This document shows positions 23,506 through 36,400 of a DNA stretch of 64,000 bases, in pieces. Below the pieces are notes generated by a model that searched no databases, was not told where the DNA came from, and saw only the letters and a program-made list of their open reading frames with translations. Numbering within the stretch: the stretch's first letter is position 1; every line of letters starts with the position of its first letter. The DNA comes from Eledone cirrhosa (lineage: Eukaryota): NCBI GenBank assembly GCA_964016885.1, contig OZ024744.1, positions 13,826,001-13,890,000 on the forward strand, read 5' to 3'. Made by a program: the position numbers and the translations under genes.

Positions 23506-26500
23506 ATGTGGTTAGAATGTCTCAGTAGATCAGAGAGTCACTCTTGTTAAAGCTACTCTCTAAATTAAGAGATCACAACTGCTATACTATGGACATGGGG
23601 TTAGAATGTCTCAGTAGATCAGAGTGTCACTCCAGTTAAAGCGACTCTCTAAATTGAGAGATCACAACTCCCAAACTATGGACATGTCGTTAGAATGTCT
23701 CAGTAGATCAGAGAGTTACTCCAGTAAAAGCGACTCTCTAAATAGAGAGATCACAACTCCAATACTATGGACATGGGGTTTGAAAGTCTCAGTAGATTAG
23801 AGTGTCACTCCAGTTAAAGCTACTCTCTAAATTGAGAGATCACAACTCCAATACTATGGACATGGGGTTTGAATGTCTCAGTAGATCAGAGAGTCGCTCA
23901 AGTTAAAGCCACTCTCTAAATTGAGAGATCACAACTCCCATACTATGGACATGTGGGTAGAATGTCTCTGTAGATCAGAGAGTCACTCCAGTTAAAGCCA
24001 CTAATTCTCTAAATTGAGAGATCACAACTTCCATACTATGGACATGTGGTTAGAATGTCTCAGTAGATCAGAGAGTCACTCTTGTTAAAGCTACTCTCTA
24101 AATTGAGAGATCACAACTCCTATACTATGGACATGGGGTTAGAATGTCTCAGTAGATCAGAGTTCACTCCAGTTAAAGCCACTCTCTAAATTGAAAGATC
24201 ACAACTCCCATACTATGGACATGTGGTTAGAATGTCTTAGTAGATCAGAGAGTCACTCCAGTTAAAGCTACTCTCTAAATTGAGAGATCACAACTCCCAT
24301 ACTATGTACATGTGGTTAGAATGTCTCAGTAGATCAGAGAGTCACTCCAGTTAAAGCCACTCTCTAAATTGAGAGATCACAACTCCCATACTATGAACAT
24401 GTGGTTAGAATGTCTCAGTAGATCAGAGAGTCACTCCAGTTAAAGCTACTCTCTAAATTGAGAGATCACAACTCCAATACTATGGACATGGGGTTTGAAA
24501 GTCTTAGTAGATCAGAGAGTTACTCCAGTTAAAGCTACTCTCTAAATTAAGAGATCACAACTCCCATACTATGGACATGTGGTTAGAATGTCTCAGTAGA
24601 TCAGAGAGTCACTCCAGTTAAAGCCACTCTCTAAATTGAGAGATCACAACTCCCATACTATGGACATGTGGTTAGAATGTCTCAGTAGATCAGAGAGTCA
24701 CTCCAGTTAAAGCTACTCTCGAAATTGAGAGATCACAACTCCCATACTATTGACATGTGGGTAGAATGTCTCAGTAGATCAGAGAGTCACTCCAGTTAAA
24801 GCCGCTAATTCTCTAAATTGAGAGATCACAACTCCCATACTATGGACATGTGGTTAGAATGTCTCAGTAGATCAGAGAGTCACTCCAGTTAAAGCTACTC
24901 TCTAAATTGAGAGATCACAACTCCAATACTATGGACATGGGGTTTGAAAGTCTCAGTAGATCAGAGTTTCACTCCAGTTAAAGCTACTCTCTAAATTGAG
25001 AGATTACAACTCCAATACTATGGACATGGGGTTTGAAAGTCTCAGTAGATCAGAGTGTCACTCCAGTTAAAGCTACTCTCTAAATTGAGAGTTTAAAACT
25101 CCAATACTATGGACATGTTTGTTAGAATGTCTCAGTAGATTAGAGAGTCACTCCAGTTAAAGCCACTCTCTAAATTGAGAGATCACAACTCCAATACTAT
25201 GGACATGTGATTAGAATGTGTCTCTAGATTAGAGATTCACTCCAGTTAAAGCCACTCTCTAAATTGAGAGATCACAACTCCAATACTATGGACATGTGGT
25301 TAGAAAGTCTCAGTAGATCAGAGTGTCACTCCAGTTAAAGCTAATCTCTAAATTGAGAGATCACAACTCCAATACTATGGAGATGGGGTTTGAATGTCTC
25401 AGTAGATGAGAGTGTCACTCCAGTTAAAGCTACTCTCTAAATTGAGATATCACAACTCCAATACTATGGACATGTGGTTTGAATGTCTCAGTAGATCAGA
25501 GAGTCACTTCAGTTAAAGCTACTCTCTAAATTGAGAGATCACAACTCCAATACTATGGACATGGGGTTTGAAAGTCTCAGTAGATCAGAGTGTCACTCCA
25601 GTTAAAGCTACTCTCTAAATTGAGAGATTACAACTCCAATACTATGGACATGTGGTTAGAATGTCTCAGTAGATTAGAGAGTCACTCCAGTTAAAGCCAT
25701 TCTCTAAATTGAGAGATCACAACTCCAATACTATGGACATGTGGTTAGAATGTCTAAGTAGATCAGAGTGTCACTCCAGTTAAAGCCACTCTCTAAATTG
25801 AGAGATCATAACTTCCATACTATGGACATGTGGTTAGAATGTCTCAGTAGATCAGAGAGTCACTCCAGTTAAAACCACTCTCTAAATTGAGAGATCACAA
25901 CTCCAATACTATGGACATGTGGTTAGAATGTCTCAGTAGATCAGAGAGTCACTCCAGTTAAAGCCACTAATTCTCTAAATTGAGAGATCACAACTTCCAT
26001 ACTATGGACATGTGGTTAGAATGTCTCAGTAGATCAGAGAGTCACTCTTGTTAAAGCTACTCTCTAAATTGAGAGATCACAACTCCTATACTATGGACAT
26101 GTGGTTAGAATGTCTCAGTAGATCAGAGTTCACTCCAGTGAAAGCCACTCTCTAAATTGAGAGATCACAACTCCTATACTATGGACATGGGGTTTGAATG
26201 TCTCAGTAGATTAGAGAGTCACTCCATTTAAAGCCACTCTCTAAATTGAGAGATCACAACTCCAATACTATGGACATGTGATTAGAATGTCTCAGTAGAT
26301 TAGAGAGTCACTCCAGTTAAAGCCACTCTCTAAATTGAGAGATCACAACTCGAATACTATGGACATGGGGTTTGAACGTCTCAGTACATCAGAGTGTCAC
26401 TCCAGTTAAAGTTACTCTCTAAATTGAGAGATCACAACTCCAATACTATGGACATGGGGTTTGAATGTCTCAGTAGATCAGAGAGTCACTCCAGTTAAAG

Positions 26501-29500
26501 CCACTCTCTAAATTGAGAGATCACAACTCCAATACTATGGACATGTGGTTAGAATGTCTCAGTAGATCAGAGTGTCACTACAGTTAAAGCTACTCTCTAA
26601 ATTGGGAGATTACAACTCCAATACTATGGACATGGGGTTTGAATGTCTCAGTAGATCAGAGAGTCACTCCAGTTAAAGCTACTCTCTAAATTGAGAGATC
26701 ACAACTCCCATACTATGGACATGTGGTTAGAATGTCTCAGTAGATCAGAGAGTCATTCCAGTTAAAGCCACTCTCTAAATTGAGAGATCACAACTCCCAT
26801 ACTATGGACGTGTGGTTAGAATGTCTCAGTAGATCAGAGAATCACTCCAGTTAAAGCTACTCTCTAAATTGAGAGATCACAACTCCCTAACTATGGACAT
26901 GTGGTTAGAATGTCTGAGTAGATCAGAGAGTCACTCCAGTTAAAGCCACTCTGTAAATTGAGAGATCACAACTCCCATACTCTGGACGTGTGGTTAGAAT
27001 GTCTCAGTACATCAGAGAATCACTCCAGTTAAAACTACTCTCTAAATTGAGAGATCACAACTCCCATACTATGGACATGTGGTTAGAACGTCTCAGTAGA
27101 TTAGAGTGTCATTCCAGTTAAAGCTACTCTCTAAATTGAGAGATCACAACTCCTATACTATGGACATGGGGTTAGAACGTCTCAGTAGATCAGAGTGTCC
27201 CTCCAGTTAAAGCCACTCTCTAAATTGTGAGATCACAAATCCCATACTATGGACATGTGGTTAGAATGTCTCAGTAGATCAGAGAGTCTCTCCAGTAAAA
27301 GCTACTCTCTAAATTGAGAGATCACAACTCCAATACTATGGACATGTGGTTAGAATGTCTCAGTAGATCAGAGAGTAATTCCAGTTAAAGCCACTCTCTA
27401 AATTGAGAGATCACAACTCCCGTACTATGGACGTGTGGTTAGAATGTCTCAGTAGGTCAGAGAATCACTCCAGTTAAAGCTACTCTCTAAATTGAGAGAT
27501 CACATCTCCCATACTATGGACATGTGGTTAGAATGTCTCAGTAGATCAGAGAGTCACTCTTGTTAAAGCTACTCTCTAAATTGAGAGATCACAACTGCTA
27601 TACTATGGACATGGGGTTAGAATGTCTCAGTAGATCAGAGTGTCACTCCAGTTAAAGCTACTCTCTAAATTGAGAGATCACAACTCCCAAACTATGGACA
27701 TGTCGTTAGAATGTCTCAGTAGATCAGAGAGTCACTCCAGTAAAAGCCACTCTCTAAATAGAGAGATCACAACTCCAATACTATGGACATGGGGTTTGAA
27801 AGTCTCAGTAGATTAGAGTGTCACTCCAGTTAAAGCTACTCTCTAAATTGAGAGATCACAACTCCAATACTATGGACATGGGGTTTGAATGTCTCAGTAG
27901 ATCAGAGAGTCGCTCAAGTTAAAGCCACTCTCTAAATTGAGAGATCACAACTCCCATACTATGGACATGTGGGTAGAATGTCTCTGTAGATCAGAGAGTC
28001 ACTCCAGTTAAAGCCACTAATTCTCTAAATTGAGAGATCACAACTTCCATACTATGGACATGTGGTTAGAATGTCTCAGTAGATCAGAGAGTCACTCTTG
28101 TTAAAGCTACTCTCTAAATTGAGAGATCACAACTCCTATACTATGGACATGGGGTTAGAATGTCTCAGTAGATCAGAGTTCACTCCAGTTAAAGCCACTC
28201 TCTAAATTGAAAGATCACAACTCCAATACTATGGACATGTGGTTAGAATGTCTTAGTAGATCAGAGAGTCACTCCAGTTAAAGCTACTCTCTAAATTGAG
28301 AGATCACAACTCCCATACTATGTACATGTGGTTAGAATGTCTCAGTAGATCAGAGAGTCACTCCAGTTAAAGCCACTCTCTAAATTGAGAGATCACAACT
28401 CCCATACTATGGACATGTGGTTAGAATGTCTCAGTAGATCAGAGAGTCACTCCAGTTAAAGCTACTCTCGAAATTGAGAGATCACAACTCCCAAACTATT
28501 GACATGTGGGTAGAATGTCTCAGTAGATCAGAGAGTCACTCCAGTTAAAGCCGCTAATTCTCTAAATTGAGAGATCACAACTCCCATACTATGGACATGT
28601 GGTTAGAATGTCTCAGTAGATCAGAGAGTCATTCCAGTTAAAGCCACTCTCTAAATTGAGAGATCACAACCCCCCATACTATGGACGTGTGGTTAGAATG
28701 TCTCAGTAGATCAGAGGATCACTCCACTTAAAGCTACTCTCTAAATTGAGAGATCACAACTCCCTAACCATGGACATGTGGTTAGAATGTCTCAGTAGAT
28801 CAGAGAGTCACTCCAGTTAAAGCCACTCTCTAAATTGAGAGATCACAACTCCCACACTCTGGACGTGTGGTTAGAATGTCTCAGTACATCAGAGAATCAC
28901 TCCAGTTAAAACTACTCTCTAAATTGAGAGATCACAACTCCCATACTATGGACATGTGGTTAGAATGTCTTAGTAGATCAGAGAGTCACTCCAGTTAAAG
29001 CTACTCTCTAAATTGAGAGATCACAACTCCCATACTATGGACATGTGGTTAGAATGTCTCAGTAGATCAGAGAGTCACTCCAGTTAAAGCCACTCTCTAA
29101 ATTGAGAGATCACAACTCCCATACTATGGACATGTGGTTAGAATGTCTCAGTAGATCAGAGAGTCACTCCAGTTAAAGCTACTCTCGAAATTGAGAGATC
29201 ACAACTCCCATACTATTGACATGTGGGTAGAATGTCTCAGTAGATCAGAGAGTCACTCCAGTTAAAGCCGCTAATTCTCTAAATTGAGAGATCACAACTC
29301 CCATACTATGGACATGTGGTTAGAATGTCTCAGTAGATCAGAGTTTCACTCCAGTTAAAGCTACTCTCTAAATTGAGAGATTACAACTCCAATACTATGG
29401 CCATGGGGTTTTAAAAGTCTCAGTAGATCAGAGTGTCACTCCAGTTAAAGCTACTCTCTAAATTGAGTGTTTAAAACTCCAATACTATGGACATGTGGTT

Positions 29501-32500
29501 AGAATGTCTCAGTAGATTAGAGAGTCACTCCAGTTAAAGCCACTCTCTAAATTGAGAGATCACAACTCCAATACTATGGACATGTGATTAGAATGTCTCA
29601 GTAGATTAGAGAGTAACTCCAGTTAAAGCCACTCTCTAAATTGAGAGATCACAACTCCAATACTATGGACATGTGGTTAGAAAGTCTCAGTAGATCAGAG
29701 TGTCACTCCAGTTAAAGCTAATCTCTAAATTGAGAGATCACAACTCCAATACTATGGACATGGGGTTTGAATGTCTCAGTAGATCAGAGTGTCACTCCAG
29801 TTAAAGCTACTCTCTAAATTGAGAGATCACAACTCCAATACTATGGACATGGGGTTTGAATGTCTCAGTAGATCAGAGAGTCACTCCAGTTAAAGCTACT
29901 CTCTAAATTGAGAGATCACAACTCCAATACTATGGACATGGGGTTTGAAAGTCTCAGTAGATCAGAGTTTCACTCCAGCTAAAGCTACTCTCTAAATTGA
30001 GAGATTACAACTCCAATACTATGGACATGGGGTTTGAAAGTCTCAGTAGATCAGAGTGTCACTCCAGTTAAAGCTACTCTCTAAATTGAGAGTTTAAAAC
30101 TCCAATACTATGGACATGTGGTTAGAATGTCTCAGTAGATTAGAGAGTCACTCCAGTTAAAGCCACTCTCTAAATTGAGAGATCACAACTCCAATACTAT
30201 GGACATGTGATTAGAATGTGTCTCTAGATTAGAGAGTCACTCCAGTTAAAGCCACTCTCTAAATTGAGAGATCACAACTCCAATACTATGGACATGTGGT
30301 TAGAAAGTCTCAGTAGATCAGAGTGTCACTCCAGTTAAAGCTAATCTCTAAATTGAGAGATCACAACTCCAATACTATGGAGATGGGGTTTGAATGTCTC
30401 AGTAGATGAGAGTGTCACTCCAGTTAAAGCTACTCTCTAAATTGAGATATCACAACTCCAATACTATGGACATGTGGTTTGAATGTCTCAGTAGATCAGA
30501 GAGTCACTTCAGTTAAAACTACTCTCTAAATTGAGAGATCACAACTCCAATACTATGGACATGGGGTTTGAAAGTCTCAGTAGATCAGAGTGTCACTCCA
30601 GTTAAAGCTACTCTCTAAATTGAGAGATTACAACTCCAATACTATGGACGTGTGGTTAGAATGTCTCAGTAGATTAGAGAGTCACTCCAGTTAAAGCCAC
30701 TCTCTAAATTGAGAGATCACAACTCCAATACTATGGACATGTGGTTAGAATGTCTAAGTAGATCAGAGTGTCACTCCAGTTAAAGCCACTCTCTAAATTG
30801 AGAGATCATAACTTCCATACTATGGACATGTGGTTAGAATGTCTCAGTAGATCAGAGAGTCACTCCAGTTAAAACCACTCTCTAAATTGAGAGATCACAA
30901 CTCCAATACTATGGACATGTGGTTAGAATGTCTCAGTAGATCAGAGAGTCACTCCAGTTAAAGCCACTCTCTAAATTGAGAGATCACAACTCAAATACTA
31001 TGGACATGGGGTTTGAATGTCTCAGTACATCTGAGTGTCACTCCAGTTAAAGTTACTCTCTAAATTGAGAGATCACAACTCCAATACTATGGACATGTGG
31101 TTAGAATGTCTCAGTAGATCAGAGTGTCACTCCAGTTAAAGCTAGTCTCTAAATTGGGAGATTACAACTCCAATACTATGGACATGGGGTTTGAATGTCT
31201 CAGTAGATCAGAGAGTCACTCCAGTTAAAGCTACTCTCTAAATTGAGAGATCACAACTCCCATACTATGGACATGTGGTTAGAATGTCTCAATAGATCAG
31301 AGAGTCATTCCAGTTAAAGCCACTCACTAAATTGAGAGATCACAAACCCCCATACTATGGACGTGTGGTTAGAATGTCTCAGTAGATCAGAGGATCACTC
31401 CACTTAAAGCTACTCTCTAAATTGAGAGATCACAACTCCCTAACTATGGACATGTGGTTAGAATGTCTCAGTAGATCAGAGAGTCACTCCAGTTAAAGCC
31501 ACTCTCTAAATTGAGAGATCACAACTCCCACACTCTGGACGTGTGGTTAGAATGTCTCAGTACATCAGAGAATCACTCCAGTTAAAACTACTCTCTAAAT
31601 TGAGAGATCACAACTCCCATACTATGGACATGTGGTTAGAATGTCTTAGTAGATCAGAGAGTCACTCCAGTTAAAGCTACTCTCTAAATTGAGAGATCAC
31701 AACTCCCATACTATGGACATGTGGTTAGAATGTCTCAGTAGATCAGAGAGTCACTCCAGTTAAAGCCACTCTCTAAATTGAGAGATCACAACTCCCATAC
31801 TATGGACATGTGGTTAGAATGTCTCAGTAGATCAGAGAGTCACTCCAGTTAAAGCTACTCTCTAAATTGAGAGATCACAACTCCAATACTATGGACATGT
31901 GGTTAGAATGTCTCAGTAGATCAGAGAGTCATTCCAGTTAAAGCCACTCTCTAAATTGAGAGATCACAACTCCAATACTATGGACATGGGGTTTGAAAGT
32001 CTCAGTAGATTAGAGTATCACTCCAGTTAAAGCTACTCTCTAAATTGAGAGATCACAACTCCAATACTATGGACATGGGGTTTGAATGTCTCAGTAGATC
32101 AGAGAGTCGCTCAAGTTAAAGCCACTCTCTAAATTGAGAGATCACAACTCCCATACTATGGACGTGTGGTTAGAATGTCTCAGTAGATCAGGGAATCACT
32201 CCAGTTAAAGCTACTCTCTAAATTGAGAGATCACAACTCCCTAACTATGGACATGTGGTTAGAATGTCTCAGTAGATCAGAGAGTCACTCCAGTTAAAGC
32301 CACTCTTTAAATTGAGAGATCACAACTCCCATACTCTGGACGTGTGGTTAGAATGTCTCAGTACATCAGAGAATCACTCCAGTTAAAACTACTCTCTAAA
32401 TTGAGAGATCACAACTCCCATACTATGGACGTGTGGTTAGAATGTCTTAGTAGATCAGAGAGTCACTCCAGTTAAAGCTACTCTCTAAATTGAGAGATCA

Positions 32501-33467
32501 CAACTCCCATACTATGGACATGTGGTTAGAATGTCTCAGTAGATCAGAGAGTCACTCCAGTTAAAGCCACTCTCTAAATTGAGAGATCACAACTCCCATA
32601 CTATGGACATGTGGTTAGAATGTCTCAGTAGATCAGAGAGTCACTCCAGTTAAAACTACTCTCTAAATTGAGAGATCACAACTCCTATACTATGAACATG
32701 GGGTTAGAATGTCTCAGTAGATCAGAGAGTCACTCCAGTTAAAGCCACTCTCTAAATTGAGAGATCACAACTACAATACTATGGACATGTGATTAGAATG
32801 TCTCAGTAGATCAGAGTGTCACTCCAGTTAAAGCTACTCTCTAAATTGGGAGATTACAACTCCAATACTATGGACATGGGGTTTGAATGTCTCAGTAGAT
32901 CAGAGAGTCGCTCAAGTTAAAGCCACTCTCTAAATTGAGAGATCACAACTCCCATACTATGGACGTGTGGTTAGAATGTCTCAGTAGATCAGAGAGTCAC
33001 TCTTGTTAAAGCTACCCTCTAAATTGAGAGATCACAACTCCTATACTATGGACATGTGGTTAGAATGTCTCAGTAGATCAGAGTTCACTCCAGTTAAAGC
33101 CACTCTCTAAATTGAGAGACCACAACTCCTATACTATGGACATGGGGTTTGAATGTCTCAGTAGATCAGAGTGTCAATCCAGTTAAAGTTACTCTCTAAA
33201 TTGAGAGATCACAACTCCCATACTATGGACGTGTGGTTAGAATGTCTCAGTAGATCAGAGAATCACTCCAGTTAAAGCTACTCTCTAAATTGAGAGATAA
33301 CATCTCCCATACTATTGACATGTGGTTAGAATGTCTCAGTAGATTAGAGTGTCATTCGAGTTAAAGCTACTCTCGAAATTGAGAGATCACAACTCCCATA
33401 CTATTGACATGTGGGTAGAATGTCTCAGTAGATCAGAGAGTCACTCCAGTTAAAGCCACTAATTCTC
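21422..33467. repeat. Copy 2 of the ~12-kb macro-repeat unit (about 135 monomers)
   Basis: Same marker order as 1337-16427. It lacks the 2951-bp duplication and differs by gains or losses of 1-3 whole monomers at several sites. Confidence 0.88.
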
Positions 33468-36400
33468 TAAATTGAGAGATCACAACTCCCATACTATGGA
33501 CATGTGGTTAGAATGTCTCAGTAGATCAGAGAGTCACTCCAGTTAAAGCTACTCTCTAAATTGAGAGATCACAACTCCAATACTATGGACATGGGGTTTG
33601 AAAGTCTCAGTAGATCAGAGTTTCACTCCAGTTAAAGCTACTCTCTAAATTGAGAGATTACAACTCCAATACTATGGACATGGGGTTTGAAAGTCTCAGT
33701 AGATCAGAGTGTCACTCCAGTTAAAGCTACTCTCTAAATTGAGAGTTTAAAACTCCAATACTATGGACATGTGGTTAGAATGTCTCAGTAGATTAGAGAG
33801 TCACTCCAGTTAAAGCCACTCTCTAAATTGAGAGATCACAACTCCAATACTATGGACATGTGGTTAGAACGTCTCAGTGGATCAGAGTGTCACTCCAGTT
33901 AAAGCCACTCTCTAAATTGAGAGATCATAACTTCCATACTATGGACATGTGGTTAGAAAGTCTCAGTAGATCAGAGAGTCACTCCAGTTAAAACCACTCT
34001 CTAAATTGAGAGATCACAACTCCAATACTATGGACATGTGGTTAGAATGTCTCAGTAGATCAGAGAGTCACTCCAGTTAAAGCCACTCTCTAAATTGATA
34101 GATCACAACTCCCATACTATGGACATGTGGTTAGAATGTCTCAGTAGATCAGAGAGTCATTCCAGTTAAAGCCACTCTCTAAATTGAGAGATCACAACTC
34201 CCATACTATGGACGTGTGGTTAGAATGTCTCAGTAGATCAGGGAATCACTCCAGTTAAAGCTACTCTCTAAATTGAGAGATCACAACTCCCTAACTATGG
34301 ACATGTGGTTAGAATGTCTCAGTAGATCAGAGAGTCACTCCAGTTAAAGCCACTCTTTAAATTGAGAGATCACAACTCCCATACTCTGGACGTGTGGTTA
34401 GAATGTCTCAGTAGATCAGAGAGTCACTCCAGTTAAAGCTACTCTCTAAATTGAGAGATCACAACTCCAATACTATGGACATGGGGTTTGAAAGTCTCAG
34501 TAGATCAGAGTTTCACTCCAGTTAAAGCTACTCTCTAAATTGAGAGATTACAACTCCAATACTATGGACATGGGGTTTGAAAGTCTCAGTAGATCAGAGT
34601 GTCACTCCAGTTAAAGCTACTCTCTAAATTGAGAGTTTAAAACTCCAATACTATGGACATGTGGTTAGAATGTCTCAGTAGATCAGAGAGTCACTCCAGT
34701 TAAAGCCACTCTCTAAATTGAGAGATCACAACTCCAATACTATGGACATGGGGTTTCAATGTCTCAGTAGATCAGAGAGTCACTCCAGTTAAAGCCACTC
34801 TCTAAATTGAGAGATCACAACTCCAATACTATGGACATGTGATTAGAATGTCTCAGTAGATCAGAGTGTCACTCCAGTTAAAGCTACTCTCTAAATTGGG
34901 AGATTACAACTCCAATACTATGGACATGGGGTTTGAATGTCTCAGTAGATCAGAGAGTCACTCCAGTTAAAGCTACTCTCTAAATTGAGAGATCACAACT
35001 CCCATACTATGGACATGTGGTTAGAATGTCTCAATAGATCAGAGAGTCATTCCAGTTAAAGCCACTCTCTAAATTGAGAGATCACAACCCCCCATACTAT
35101 GGACGTGTGGTTAGAATGTCTCAGTAGATCAGAGGATCACTCCACTTAAAGCTACTCTCTAAATTGAGAGATCACAACTCCCTAACTATGGACATGTGGT
35201 TAGAATGTCTCAGTAGATCAGAGAGTCACTCCAGTTAAAGCCACTCTCTAAATTGAGAGATCACAACTCCCACACTCTGGACGTGTGGTTAGAATGTCTC
35301 AGTACATCAGAGAATCACTCCAGTTAAAACTACTCTCTAAATTGAGAGATCACAACTCCCATACTATGGACATGTGGTTAGAATGTCTTAGTAGATCAGA
35401 GAGTCACTCCAGTTAAAGCTACTCTCTAAATTGAGAGATCACAACTCCCATACTATGGACATGTGGTTAGAATGTCTCAGTAGATCAGAGAGTCACTCCA
35501 GTTAAAGCCACTCTCTAAATTGAGAGATCACAACTCCCATACTATGGACATGTGGTTAGAATGTCTCAGTAGATCAGAGAGTCACTCCAGTTAAAGCTAC
35601 TCTCTAAATTGAGAGATCACAACTCCAATACTATGGACATGTGGTTAGAATGTCTCAGTAGATCAGAGAGTCATTCCAGTTAAAGCCACTCTCTAAATTG
35701 AGAGATCACAACTCCAATACTATGGACATGGGGTTTGAAAGTCTCAGTAGATTAGAGTATCACTCCAGTTAAAGCTACTCTCTAAATTGAGAGATCACAA
35801 CTCCAATACTATGGACATGGGGTTTGAATGTCTCAGTAGATCAGAGAGTCGCTCAAGTTAAAGCCACTCTCTAAATTGAGAGATCACAACTCCCATACTA
35901 TGGACGTGTGGTTAGAATGTCTCAGTAGATCAGGGAATCACTCCAGTTAAAGCTACTCTCTAAATTGAGAGATCACAACTCCCTAACTATGGACATGTGG
36001 TTAGAATGTCTCAGTAGATCAGAGAGTCACTCCAGTTAAAGCCACTCTTTAAATTGAGAGATCACAACTCCCATACTCTGGACGTGTGGTTAGAATGTCT
36101 CAGTACATCAGAGAATCACTCCAGTTAAAACTACTCTCTAAATTGAGAGATCACAACTCCCATACTATGGACGTGTGGTTAGAATGTCTTAGTAGATCAG
36201 AGAGTCACTCCAGTTAAAGCCACTCTCTAAATTGAGAGATCACAACTCCAATACTATGGACATGTGGTTAGAATGTCTCAGTAGATCAGAGAGTCACTCC
36301 AGTTAAAGCCACTCTCTAAATTGAGAGATCACAACTCCCATACTATGGACATGTGGTTAGAATGTCTCAGTAGATCAGAGAGTCACTCCAGTTAAAGCTA

